DNA from: Lingula anatina
Lineage: Eukaryota; Animalia; Brachiopoda
DNA: 64,000 bases
NCBI GenBank assembly: GCA_051362555.1
Contig: CM120641.1
Coordinates: 28,526,401 to 28,590,400 of the forward strand
Direction of reading: 5' to 3'
Position 1 is the first letter of the stretch. Every line of letters starts with the position of its first letter. The position numbers were made by a program, and so were the translations under genes. Shown in pieces: positions 1-12,775 of this stretch. The notes beneath the pieces are model-generated. The model made no database searches, was not told the DNA's origin, and worked only from the letters and a program-made list of their open reading frames with translations.

Positions 1-142
1 GGTATGTAATATTTTTTTCTTTTTGGAAGGGAAGTTTGAGAAATGAAAGAAATCTAATCTCGTTTTTATTTCTGTTTACAGGACACAACTGCAAGGAGAC
101 ACCCCACATCTACACTTAAGCTACTTCGACCATCCCTTGGAG

Positions 143-470
143 CCAGCGAGTCCTGCCATGGTCTCTCTACGAGGTGGCTTCACTGGGGAAGCGTCCAGCG
201 AGTCCTGCCATGGTCTGTCTACGAGGTGGCTGCACTGGGGAAGCGTCCAGCGAGTCCTGCCATGGCCTGTCTACGAGGTGGCTGCACAGGGGAAGCGTCC
301 AGCAAGTCCTGCCATGGTCTCTCTACGAGGTGGCTTCACTGGGGAAGCGTCCAGCGAGTCCTGCCATGGCCTGTCTACGAGGTGGCGGCACAGGGGAAGC
401 GTCCAGCGAGTCCTGCCATGGTCTGTCTACGAGGTGGCTGCACTGGGGAAGCGTCCAGCGAGTCTTGTCA
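143..470. repeat. 52-bp GC-rich minisatellite, array 1 (~6 units)
   Basis: Unit ggggaagcgtccagcgagtcctgccatggtctgtctacgaggtggctgcact; gggg starts at 185, 237, 289 (period 52). Confidence 0.95.
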
Positions 471-634
471 TATGGTGTTTCAATGAGATGGAAACCACTT
501 AAAGGTAAGCCTGACTGCAGAGTGCTGACATAGTATGAAAAGTCATTAATTCATTTTTCTTTCTGTTGACAGAACACAACTGCAAGGAGACGTCCCACAT
601 CTACACTTAAGCTACTTTGACCATTCCTTGGTGC

Positions 635-1011
635 CAGCGAGTCCTGCCATGATCTGTCTCTTTGATGTGGCTGCACTGGGGAAGCGTCCAGCGAGTCCTG
701 TCATGGCCTGTCTACGAGGTGGCTGCATTAAGGAAGCGTCCGGCGAGTCGTGCCATGGTCTATCTGCGAGGTGGCTGCACTGGAGAAGTGTCCAGCGAGT
801 CCTGCCATGGTCTATCTGCGAGGTGGCTGCACTGGGGAAGCGTCCAGCGAGTCCTGCCATGGTCCGTCTACGAGGTGGCTGCACTGGGGAAGCGTCCAGC
901 GAGTCCTGCCATGGTCCGTCTACGAGGTGGCTGCACTGGGGAAGCGTCCAGCGAGTCCTGACATGGTCTGTCTACGAGGTGGCTGCACTAGGAAGCGTCC
1001 AGCGAGTCCTG
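635..1011. repeat. 52-bp minisatellite, array 2 (~7 units)
   Basis: Same unit as 143-470, inside the duplicated second module. Confidence 0.95.
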
Positions 1012-2477
1012 TCCAACGTTTCATGGCAACTGCAAGGAGAAGAGGGCCACGTGCACATTTCCGATACATCCCTCAATCCTTGGTGCCAGTGAGTCCTGCC
1101 ACGGTCTGTTGAAGAGGCTGCATTGGAGAAGCGTCTGAAGCATATGGTGTTTCACTGAGGCGGAAAAACCTGCAAGGTAACCCGTGTTACTGGCGAGAAC
1201 AATACACTAAAATTAATTTTTCAGCAGCAGTCTGTGCCATAAACTTTTCACCCTACTGGCCATTCAGTCCACCTTCTTTCCTAAAAACTAGATATAGATG
1301 TCTGAATCTTGATTCACTGGTTCGAATACAAAGTTCAATAGGACTAGACTGGATTGCATTAATATTTGTATTAACAAGACCTTGACATTTTTCTCGAATC
1401 GTGATGTAACAGTTACATTTAGAATAAATCAAAAGCTCTTCTTCATACTTATAGAAAAAATCTAACAGCCATGTCACCAAATTGACACATTCTGGAAATC
1501 TACCGATTCCAACAATTTTTCTGGCTGCAGACTGCTTTTGATATACAATTTTTGAAAACTAATCAAATTTTCCTTTCTATTTACAGAACTCAATTAGGGC
1601 AATTCCTGATAAAGTCCCGCTTTTTTGAAAGAGGTGCAAGAAGAGGGTCACATTCAATCCTTGGTGCATGGTTGAGTCCTGCCATGGTCTGTATGTTAGG
1701 GGGCTGCATGGGGGAGCATCAGAAGCATATGGCGTTTCACAGAGATGGAAACCTATCAAGCCTTAAAAGGTACATATCACTCATGTTTTTGGGGGAAAAC
1801 AAAACACTTAAGTGATTTTTCATACCTTGAAAAACTAAAAACCGTTAGCCACATTAATTTGACAGCTCACATTCAGAAGGCAATGTCTTTTACCCATGAC
1901 CCACTCCTAGGATTAAGATATTTATGGTTAGTAGATTGGATTTGGGTGGGAGAAGTTAAGAGGGAAACTTTTGACTTATAATTTTTTATTTTGTAGTTGA
2001 GGCAGATAGCATTGGCGAGCGCCTGTCCTGATGATGACGGTCCATTTTAACAAGGTTAACAAGGCTAAAATGGAGAAAGCCATGTCAGCTATATCATATA
2101 GTGTTTCAAGAGCCCTTCAGTAGTTGTGATTAGAGAGCATTCAAGGTAAGTTATGGGACAGGATAAGGGTAAATGAACTAGATTGTCATTCATTGTATAG
2201 ATAATACAAATCTTTTATCAGTGCAACTCCAACAAACTGAGCATTTTGTGCAAGGTCTTAGACAATTGTTTTAAGAATGTTTGGGACCTGTCACTCGGTG
2301 CAGGCATTTGTTTTCTATTTACAATTTACTCTAGCAAATTCAGTGCTCATTTTTCACAGGTAAAAAGCTCTTTTAATTTGTCACAGATGTGGAAAAACCT
2401 TATCATTCATACAAAATATTTTGACATGCCATTCGTCAACTTTCAGATCCTCAACAGTCTCAATATTCTGCAGGACG

Positions 2478-3225
2478 TTGTCAATGGTCCAGATCACTTG
2501 GAGCTACCGCCCCCACCACCCACCACCACCAATGTGACTCCGGGGCATGGTCACTGGTCCAGATTACTTGGAGCTACCGCCCCCACCACCCACCACCACC
2601 TATGTGACTCCGAGGTGTGGTCACTGGTCCAGATTACTTGGAGCTACCGCCCCCACCACCCACCACCACCAATGTGACTCCGAGGTGTGGTCACTGGTCC
2701 AGATTACTTGGAGCTACCACCCCCACCACCCACCACCACCAATGTGACTCCGGGGCGTGGTCACTGGTCCAGATTACTTGGAGCTACGGCCCCCACCACC
2801 CACCGCCACCAATGTGACTCCGGGGCGTGGTCACTGGTCCAGATTACTTGGAGCTACCGCCCCCACCACCCACCGCCACCAATGTGACTCCGGGGCGTGG
2901 TCACTGGTCCAGATTACTTGGAGCTACCGCCCCCACCACCCACCACCAACAATGTGACTCCGAGGCGTGGTCAGTGGTCCAGATTACTTGGAGCTACCGC
3001 CCCCACCACCCACCACCAACAATGTGACTCCGAGGCGTGGTCAGTGGTCCAGATTACTTGGAGCTACCGCCCCCACCACCCACCACCACCAATGTGACTC
3101 CAGGGCGTGGTTACTGGTCCAGATTACTTGGAGCTACCGCCCCCAACACCCACCACCAATGTGACTCCGGGACGTTGTCACTGGTCCAGAAATTGTATAC
3201 TAGCAGCTACCACCCCCACCTCCAG
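2478..3225. repeat. 70-bp C-rich minisatellite (~10.5 units)
   Basis: Unit tggtcactggtccagattacttggagctaccgcccccaccacccaccaccaccaatgtgactccggggcg at 2548, 2618, 2688 ... 3108. It explains the staggered 66-aa ORFs. Confidence 0.95.
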
Positions 3226-6200
3226 TGCTGTGGTTGTGGTAATAAAAGGCCACCGTAGAAGTGAGTATTTATTTCCATCTCTCTATATTGTTCAGATTGT
3301 TAGGCATTTTCCTGGTTTATATGCCTCCCTTTACGCCTCTTGTTCTCCAGTCACTTTCTTTTTGTAGAATCTTGGCACTCTCCCAATCAATGTTTTTTTG
3401 TGATGGTTCGTTGTAGCAGAAGGCTACCTTGGGCTGTAGTGTATTTTTCCCTCTTCGGGTACCCTTTCTTATTCCTTCCCGTGTTCTTTAACTCTAACGT
3501 TCAACTTTCTCTTTGTCTCTCCCATATAAATCCTTCACAAATTAAACACTTGATGGAATACTAGTACACTCCTCCCGCTGGATCTAGATTGTTCAGGCTT
3601 TACTTAAACTTGTCTTTGAGTAGAGTCGTTTAAATGCTGTTAGTATTCCTTTTCCTTCGTTAAAACTAATTTGTGCAATACCCCATTGGGACATTAAGTC
3701 TGAAGGTCGCCAGTGGCATGTCAAAATATTTCGCTTGAATGTTTTTTCCAAGTTTGTGACAAAAGTGCTTTTTATATTTATTTCCCATCAAACTGCTGAA
3801 ACTTTAAAAACACATTTCATATACAAATGGTTAACTTTAATTACATTTTGAAGTAATAATTTAAATTTGCAGGCTACCAAAAGTGGTGGATTCTAAAAAT
3901 GAAGATTGCAACTACCAAACCTCCAGATGAAACACTTCTTCAGGATTGAGGGATCTTTATACAGATAACTTTGTAAGTTATTGGGGATCAACAACTTAAG
4001 AAAAGTGGTTCTGAATTTTTTAAGTATTATTATTGGTGTATTATGGCATTTCTTATTATTGACAGTGATCAAAAACTATATCCTATGTAAACAAACAGTA
4101 GAATTAGAAGTAGCACAGACAGTCAACAATTTAACATGTAGGCTAACATTACAATATTCAATATAGCAACATCTTTTCTTACTTTTTTGTCAAATGTTTG
4201 AAATAATTTATTTTTTGAAGACTGCTGTCTACTTACTCTAAAAAGTTAATATATATATTTCAATAAAGGAAGCATATTTCACTGTACATTTGGAAATAAC
4301 GCTCTGATCATTTTAAGAACCAAGCTTTTCATTAATGTTAACGGTGTGTAAATACCAGTGATATACTTTCTTTGTTGCAGTTACTGCAAGCTTTCGATAT
4401 AGCTTTTCATACTTTTGAGTAAAAGTTGGATTTCATTTGTAGGCTACGAATTGGGAGTTTTCCAATAATTACGCCTGCATGATGTCAGATAACGTCGACC
4501 CAAGACCAAATGTCCAAGATGTTGAACACTGTACAGCGTTAGCAAGGAGCCCTGTGGACACTTTCATGGATGCTCGGACATCCCACGAGTTTTGGTGTTG
4601 AAGGACACGGCTTGTTCTGCAAACAAATATAAAGAATGTGGAATGGTAATGAAGGCAATATACAGTACTGAATGTAGTGGGAATACAGTCTAATAATGTA
4701 TCAGTCTTTTGGATGCTGAGAATATTTGGGGTTCATGGGTCACAAACATGTCAAGGTGAAATTGCATCAAATTTCATTTGTATTTTATGCCTTATGCAGT
4801 GAACCATTTTATTTCAATAACAGAAGAGAAAACTGAGGTTCAAGATAATTCTTCATTCCATACAAGATCAATTGAATAAGATGTGTGCTTCTGTAGGAAA
4901 AGTCTACCTCTACAGTTGCTATAATTATTATATTAATAAATTTGAATATAGAGTTGCTTTATCCACATTCTGAATGCAGATAGTTTTTTGCTCACAAAAA
5001 CATTCCCACCACTTGTGGTCGTCTGTGTTTTGTTTCAATCTGAGATGGTCATTTTTCAAATTTGTGCTTTTGATGATGTGGAGTTGTTTGTCAGTATGGC
5101 ATTTGAAAAGGTCTTAACCTGCACACTAACCTTACTAACAAACCCTCACATCTTTGTAAAATCTGACTTCATGTAAACGCTTTTACATGAAGAGATTTTA
5201 CATTGATAGATTGTGCAAAATCTGTAATGAAATATTATACGTGTGAGAAAATATTTCATTATATTTTTTGTACAGTCTGCTCTTCTTGAGATATGCTGTC
5301 ATCTCTCAAGATAGAGATCACATTACTAATATTCAGATTTTCTCAAGTGTTATACTTGACAAATACATCCACTTCATCACATATGCACCTTTTCTCCGGA
5401 TCAAAAAAATTCAGATTGAAATTTACATGGGCGGTCATACAGTGTAATGTGAGATCCGAAATATTTTGAAGCAAGCTTGCTTTATTCTGTACTTGTATCA
5501 TGCAGGTAGTTGCGATTTCAGTGCAAAGTTACATTTTAGAAACCTGGTATTTTAAGTCGAATTATATATCGAAGTTTAGTTGAAATCATTGATATTCCCG
5601 AGTTATAATCATATTACTTGAATCTGTTTGCATTTTATCATAAAGAGAACTATAATCAAGTTTTGAAAGATGCTTGCAGTTGTAAAATGATTAACTTTAT
5701 TAATGGTTTTAATTCTCCAAGATAAAGTCAAAATGATTCTGTTTAATTGTTATGTCTCTTGTTAGTTTTTTATTGGCTTCAGTGCCTTTTTCTGTAAGAA
5801 TTACTTTAATAAGTTTTTATGCTTCACCTCGTGTATAGTATATATAGAGAATAGTTAGTCAACACAAAGGTTATTCCGTCACACAATGCTGTCTAAAACG
5901 GGACGATTCTTGAACTGTACGCAGCGCCGTGCCAATAGAAACCGATTTCGTCATGTTATAAGGACCGAATTATCCGGGCGTGGGCACTTTCCCGGCATTC
6001 CCCACGAAGGGTTTAGACGGGTTTTTCCCCACGGCCCGAGAGCACCCAGTACCAGTTTCCGACCACAAGACCTGCATTATCGGACTGTGTGCGTTCCAAC
6101 GCTAGATAAAGACGATGGAAAATCTTATAACTTTTGATAATACTGCTATGTATTAATTCATTGCGTTTACGTAGTTCATTACTGATTATTAGTCCTTTTT

Positions 6201-6598
6201 AAATAAACTGTAAATATTCAAAATTGTACATAATAGTTGAATAAAAAATATTCTATAATTTTTTTTTTTTTTTTTTTTGGTAAAAAAAAAAGTGGTCGTG
6301 TACAGATCGCTAAAAAAAGCGAGACTTGCAAATAAATTTAAATGGACTCGCATGTATGCTCGTTTAATCATTAGTAGAAATTATCCTCTTTCGCCTCTCA
6401 CTTAAACTTTACAATCTCGTCACTATTTCTGTCACTCCAATTTCTTCCATAAAACTAGCCGATGTCCAGGTAATGAGTTGAATTTTGGTTTTTGGATACA
6501 AAGCTGTGGTGCTGCGTTACTTTGCTCTCCCGGGCCCCGTAACTCGAAAGCAGCGCGCATTGCGACCGAGCGCAAGCGTCTCGATTCCATTACTTGCC

Positions 6599-6802
6599 CA
6601 TGCTCGCCCCATGTAATACACTGTTGGGTTCTTAAATCTACAGTGGGATTTATTTAAGTAAGATATTTACTTCTCTAATTTGACTCAGGAAAGTCTAGGT
6701 AACGGCTCGAGTTATTCCTGGGGCTCCGTAACTTAAAAGCATCGCGTATTGCGAACGGCGATATCACATAGAGGCTACAGTGTATTACATGGGGCGAGCA
6801 TG
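6599..6802. mobile_element. MITE-like element with perfect 25-bp inverted repeats
   Basis: catgctcgccccatgtaatacactg (6599-6623) and its exact reverse complement cagtgtattacatggggcgagcatg (6778-6802). Confidence 0.7.
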
Positions 6803-6829
6803 TTAATGTTAACGAAGGGGTACATTGTG

Positions 6830-6927
6830 TATAAATGTATATGTTCTTGACCTATAACACAAGTAAAACGAGAAAAAAACTAGTTTTTTCCCATTCCTGT
6901 GCCATTGTTATCCTTATCTACTTGCAC

Positions 6928-6968
<41 letters not shown>

Positions 6969-7465
6969 GGGAATTGAGGCCCAATTTTTTATATAAATGC
7001 ATATAGCAAGCAAAACTAGACAAAACCAAGATTTTTTCCTTCCTTGTGCCATTATTGTCCTTATCTACTGGCACTATTTTATATTTGCTGAGGGAATTAA
7101 GGCCCAATTTTTTTTATTCTTAAGAACACCTCACTCCCATCCCTGTAGCATAATACTTGCCGATTGCATTTATTTTGAGAATCAGATTTTATATAAATGT
7201 ATAATGCAAGCAAAACTAGACAAAACCAAGAATTTTCCCATTTCTGTGCCATCACCGGTGACATGTACCAGAAAGTCCCCCATGACAGAGAGTCCGCTTC
7301 CCATTCATTTGTACAAGTGAGCCTCGCCCTAGATTTTGACCTACTTAGGTCAAACTAACCCTAACTATATGGAGGACGGACTTTCTGTCACACGGACCCT
7401 CAGTTTCATGGCACCGGCCTTATCTACTGGTACTCCTTCATATTTGCTGTGGGAATTGCGGCCAG
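6830..7465. repeat. Three degenerate ~130-160 bp direct repeats
   Basis: 'tataaatg..caag.aaaac.aga...tgtgccat...ccttatctac...tttgctg.gggaatt' at about 6830, 6992 and 7191. The third copy is interrupted by an insertion. Confidence 0.75.
7255..7417. mobile_element. Small MITE inserted into third repeat copy
   Basis: TIRs ccggtgacatg / catggcaccgg (10/11 match), internal inverted repeat tgacagagagtccg / cggactttctgtca, and an internal ctaaccctaac. Absent from the two sister repeat copies. Confidence 0.7.
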
Positions 7466-8346
7466 ACCCCCCCCCCATTCCCGTAGCAAATGACAAAATT
7501 TAGTTATTACAAATATGCATACATTTATCATAAATATGTGTGGTAATATTTTAATAATGTTAAGCGAAGATTAGAGGCAAATGACGAATATTAAATATAT
7601 TACAAATATACTAACAATTATTACTGATTTGTGCTAGTGAAATTGTGATGCTGCAAAATAAAATTTGCAGCTTTGCTGAGCAGGTGCAACACTTGATAAT
7701 ACTTCCTTTCCGTTTAAGATTTAAGCAAGCCTGTATTTAATATGTATCGTGGTTTTGGAACACTGCCATTATATTATAACTGAAGATGTTCTCAGGAGTT
7801 GCCATACCATTAACACAATTCAATTCTCTTATAGATTGTTTCATGGTTGACTTAAATGTTTTAAGGTTGAAAGTAATAATTAATACAGATTCGGTAAATG
7901 GTGATTGTAATATTGTTTGTGAGTTCCTGTTTTCATAGTTACTAGTAATTCACACTTAAATTGTAGAAAGAAGATTGTCACGGGACCCATATCTTAGTCT
8001 GGTGTTTTTTTATCATTTTCTTTTAACTTTTGTTAAAATAATAACAACTTGTATAACATCACAATAACACACTGGCATCTTTGAAAATATGCATTGGGTG
8101 TACATCTAAGGATTATTCATGACTTAAACTATTTATATTTTACGAGAATTAATTGATGATTTAAACACTTATCATAAGCAGCTGAGATAAAATGGATGGA
8201 AAATGCAAAAGCTGATGAATGATAAGTATTAAAATGAAAAAATATTTTTTGGATCCCTTTTCACTGATTTAAACTTATTCAACCATTTTGAAGACTTGCG
8301 GTTCCTACGTGTGTTAATAAAGGGAATCGGAGAAGACTGATTGTGC

Positions 8347-8466
8347 CCGGAAGTGACGTGTAGTGGTGTTAGAAGCAAAGCTGAGTGGTAATTTTAACCT
8401 GGAGGTGAACGGGAGAGAAGACGTGTAGTCGGAGGAAAAAGAAGTTTTCTAAACAACCTGGTAAGA
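8347..8466 (+). promoter_or_regulatory. Putative promoter (ETS-CRE composite motif) and non-coding first exon
   Basis: ccggaagtgacgt at 8347-8359, followed about 100 bp later by a strong donor ctg|gtaaga at 8460/8461. No ATG lies in the exon. Confidence 0.5.
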
Positions 8467-10499
8467 TAACTCTCTTTTTTTTACGCATTTTGGACAGAGA
8501 ATACTTGTAGAAATAAAAGATGCATGATATGAAAACGTGACACGGAACTTGAAGGTGCAAAATCGTGCTTAATTTGCGGTCAACTTGTTTTGAAATAAAT
8601 GCTGCATTGACCGCCAGCGCGACAAAGAGCGTTGAGGGAAAATAATTCCCGGGAGTCTATAAATCGTTGTCATGCGGAAATTTGGCATTAATTAGTCTAT
8701 CGCTCATAGACTTCCAATCTTAGATTGTCGACTGGGGGCGTTGCTGTCGCCACCATCCTGTCAGTTTGGACGCGGGGGTGTCGTGTGAGAGTGAGACACA
8801 GATTTCATTATTTGTATTGTATATACACCTACGTTTGAAATACATTCAGCGTTTTCATACCTTAACTTTTTTGTTTAAAAAGAAAAAAATCACACAATTA
8901 CTTCGGAGGGAAGAATCAATGTTAGGCTATAATAGTTTTTGAAGGGAAACCACGCATGCCTCTCCCCTAATTGTGATTGACAGTGTCCTTGCATCTTGTT
9001 GACATGATATCAACTTGAAGTTTACTAACCTGCCCCAGGCCGTCATTGAACGACCTTGTCCGCGTACACTGGAACACTTATCCACAATATACACTGATCC
9101 ACAATGCACTTTGAAGAAACTTTCATTTCATATCTTGTTTCACAGATGATGACAATAAAGATAAAGTGATAATACATTTTTGCTATTAATATTTATGTGG
9201 AGTTGTCCAGTTTTTGGGTTGCTTTGATTTTGCAAGGAGAAAGGATAACGAAAAGATAATATGCTTGGTATGATTTTTAAATTAAAATGCTTTAGTTACT
9301 ATTTATAATTGCTTAAATATTTTAACATTTCTTTGATTTGCTTGAAAGAAGATGGCATGCAGCGACCCATAGTTCCCCTATTCACAGTTCAGAACTGGCA
9401 TGGTTTAAAAAAACTTTCGCGTGTGTGTTTGTGTGTGTGTGCGTGGGGGGAGGGGGAGGTAGGGAGGTAGGATGCCTCACATTTACCAAGAAGTTATAAA
9501 GAGTCTCATTATAACTTCTTGCATTTACCAACATCAAGTGGTGAGAGTATTAGCGAGGCAGAAAGTGTTTCAGACAGCACATCTGATTAATTATCTATTG
9601 TTTATTATACATTTTTTATTCTCATATTTATATATTTTGTATAAAATAACTCTTGCATTGCTTTCTATACAAGGTCTTTATCACATACATTATCATATAT
9701 GAAGTACTTTTTAGGTGATTTATTTTCATTGTCATACAGATTATTGGCCATTACTGTTATTATGTGTACTATATTTTCATTTAGTTTTTACTTTTACCTT
9801 ATCATTATTTTGGTACAATTTATACCTTGTTTATTGTATGGTTAATGGAAACATTCCAAATAGGTGTTTAGAGTGCTTTAACACATGATTTTTTTGTGTT
9901 TCTGTAACAGCCTTTTGCTTTTAGCATTTTTTACTATTCTATAGGGCTTTGTACAAAATGTGTATTGGTTAACAATATAATTATTTAGACCAACAAATGC
10001 TGGTCTGTGAGAAAAGTTATATAAAATTAATAAATACGCTGATACAAGTTTTTCTAGTTACAAGACTTTTATACAATCAGTGATAGTTTCTGTGAGAAAA
10101 TATTGTAATACACCACCCCTCCCTCTCTTCTCTAGGATTAAAAAAAAACAAACAAACAAACAAAAAAAAAAAACAATTACTTTCCCATTTACTTGTGCCA
10201 CATCGCAATTATTTAACATATAACTCTTTTTTTCACCACAAGACAAGTTTCATTAGAAAAAATTATTTATGCAATATATATGCTGAAATAACTTGCTCCG
10301 ATTCATATTAGACTGCATACAACAGGTAAATCTGGTTACCTCCACCCCCACATATTACTCATTAAAAATACGATGCCTCAAACGATGCCTCAAACCAAAT
10401 AATATTTTTTCACACAACAAATATATGCATAAACTTTATAATAGCAAATTATCTAAAAAAATTTGACGATGGGCACTTTGCCAATGGTTATCTGCACTC

Positions 10500-11710
10500 A
10501 TCCTTAAATTTTTCACATATCGACATTTTCAAGGTGTGACTTTGAACTTCCATGGGTTTGAAGACCTTTGCTAGTCTGAATATCCATGATAATTTTATTT
10601 CATTATTAAAATTGATGGTCATTATGCATTATGTAATATTGCAACGAAAATGAAGAAACCTCTATTTTGGACACTGCTTTTATAGTGACCATTAAAGAAA
10701 AACCATGTTACTTACTCTTCTTAAAACTTACAGGAAAGAAACACAGGTCTAAAATGCAGCCTGTGTTGGAAAAGCAATCTAATTGGTTTCTTTTTCTGTT
10801 GTACATGTTTGTGAAGTTGTTATCTTTCATATATTGGCATTTTCAATGTGGGACTTGGAACTCCCATGGTCATGAAGCCCAGTGGTAATCAAATTTTCTA
10901 AATGACCACGTTATTAATAAAAATAAATGGTGGTAATTATAGTTAATCATTATGTAATATTGCATCAAAATTGACAAAAAGCCAACTTCGTGCACCATTA
11001 CAAACGTTATGATAAAAAGCAAACTGTGTTACTTATTATTTTTTTAGCTTAAAAGAATGATTCTTAGGATTGACATACAGCTCAAATAAGAAAACCAGCT
11101 CTATTGGATTATCATTTTTTATTGAATTAACGCAACTTTTTGTGAAATTCTCATTTTTCTCATTCTGGCATTTTCTAAGTATGAACTTGAACTCTCATGG
11201 GCCTGCTTTTACTTTCATCGATATTACCTGTTTTGCATAATTTAAATTTGATGTTGACTTTGCAGTTAAGCGTAATATATTATTGCATCAGAATTGACAG
11301 CATCCTATTTTGTGCATTATTACTTTGTGCTTTTCTTAAGATGTGACTTATGGGCCTGAAAGACCTTTGAGAGGGTCAGTCTGTAAATTTCCCTTGGGTA
11401 TCACTAAGCTAAGTTCAGAGTTATAAAGTCATTTGCCTAATTAATAGGTTATTAAATGAGATTACATAAAGCACAGTTGTTGATATTTCCCTGTAAACTC
11501 CCAAAGATTAAGCCAGTCTGCTAGATTAATAATAAGGAAGCAGTGATAATTATGCAGGTAAATTTTGCAATATCTCTGGGTCCACTCCTGTTATTGACCA
11601 TGTTACCTGTTGTGCATGATTAAAATTCAGTGTTGACTGACAGTGCTATTATAAACATTATTTATTATTGCATCAAAATTGACAAAATGACCTATTTTGC
11701 ATCTTTATTT
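10500..11710. repeat. Degenerate ~330-bp tandem repeat, 3-4 copies
   Basis: 'tattgca...aattgaca...ctatttt' recurs near 10638, 10958, 11281 and 11666; 'cattttc....tg.act.gaact..catgg' recurs near 10524, 10838 and 11169. Confidence 0.6.
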
Positions 11711-11886
11711 TCTGTTTTTTGTCTGTACATTTGACAGCTTTGCTGCCTTGTCTAATAAGCTGTTTATTGTATAGGTTTGCTGACATGGTAGGGAGTAGTC
11801 GGAGTAAAGCCGTATTGGCCACCGGATAAAAGTCTACGCGTTATTGCCAGAATCGGTCTTGAAAATAAAAACTATTGTTGTCCTGA

Positions 11887-12107
11887 CCCCCCCCCCCCCC
11901 CCCCCTTTCGATTTCTGGTCCCTCTTGAAATCAGAATTTCAACTAGATGAATCATAGTTCTAAACCATCCCAAATGGTTTCGTTCGCCCTCTAAAATACC
12001 AAAATCTTTCGGGGGCCTTTTTTTTTTTTTTTTTTTTTTTTTGGGGGGGGGGGGGATAGGCTTCGCATCTGCGGATCCCCCTTCAAATAATCCTGGATAC
12101 CCCCCTG
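11887..12107. mobile_element. Partial copy of the MITE family also found at 52361-52637
   Basis: Shares ttcgatttctg, gttcgccct..aaaataccaaaa, ggcttcgca..gcgga and ccccttcaaataatc.tggat with the 52361 element. Confidence 0.7.
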
Positions 12108-12639
12108 TATTTGGTAGATATTAACCTTTTCGTATTAGGTTTAAAATACATCGTCCAAATAATGCGCAGGAAAAATCAAGATTCATAGAAGAAAATTGCC
12201 CCGTTGTGATCCCTTATGTTGAGGGATTCCCAGAACAAAAACAATGGGTCTTAGAATATACATGTATATTTACAGTGTGTATTTAAACTTATACCTTCAT
12301 TATAACACCCTTTCACTAAATGCCAACTACATTGCACAAATTTTTCTATGTGGACAAAATTTAAACAAAAAGTTAAAGCTAATATTACAACCAAGGTAAA
12401 CCATGCTATTTATACTGCCCTGTGGTTTCTTACGTGGTTCTCAAGCTTCCGAGAGAGTTCGTCTAATTAATAATCGTTCCTGTATTTTAAAGAGGTGGTG
12501 AAATTTATTTAGAAATTATCTTAATTTCGTTGCATCAATTTTCTTGCTTCGCCTTTTCCAGTTATGACAAAGAATTTCATTTCATTTCCTCATCTTATTT
12601 AACGTATTCACCAGAAGTGTTCATCTCAACACTACGCGT

Positions 12640-12710
12640 GAACGTCACAAGTCAAACGAAGACGTCATTCACTTGTGACGTCATGAGAGAGGCTTATGAC
12701 ATCACGACGT
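12640..12710. promoter_or_regulatory. Cluster of CRE/ATF-type motifs
   Basis: Perfect TGACGTCA at 12677-12684, plus half or variant sites aacgtca (12641), gacgtca (12661) and tgacatca (12697) within about 65 bp. Confidence 0.55.
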
Positions 12711-12775
12711 TAGCTACTTTGTACATAACAACACATTTTTGGTACTTCCAGACAACAGGAGGATGTGAGGCACTA

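Larger units (their letters stand above)
82..3972 (+). other. Putative spliced lncRNA or degenerate gene built from duplicated exon modules and minisatellites (5' end outside window)
   Basis: Series of pyrimidine-tract-AG / GT pairs delimiting blocks 82-504, 572-1176, 1586-1769, 1997-2145, 2447-3260 and 3873-3972. The first three blocks are paralogous (shared 'gagtcctgcca' and 'catatgg.gtttca..gag..ggaaa' segments). I found no continuous spliced ORF. Confidence 0.4.

Noticed and set aside
2025-2080. CTGATGA as a hammerhead ribozyme core or snoRNA box
   Set aside because: I could not identify the complementary stems or a properly placed GAAA core or partner box.
143-3225. 52-bp and 70-bp arrays as CRISPR arrays
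   Set aside because: They are head-to-tail tandem units with no unique spacers, there are no cas genes, and the context is eukaryotic.
2547-3258. Series of 66-aa proline-rich ORFs as a gene family
   Set aside because: Artefact of the 70-bp period: each ORF is the same repeat read in rotating frames and ends at a repeat-encoded TGA.
5848-6190. GC-richer block with an 83-aa ORF as a gene
   Set aside because: No recognisable domain or splice context; more likely a TE remnant, but the termini were too weak to annotate.
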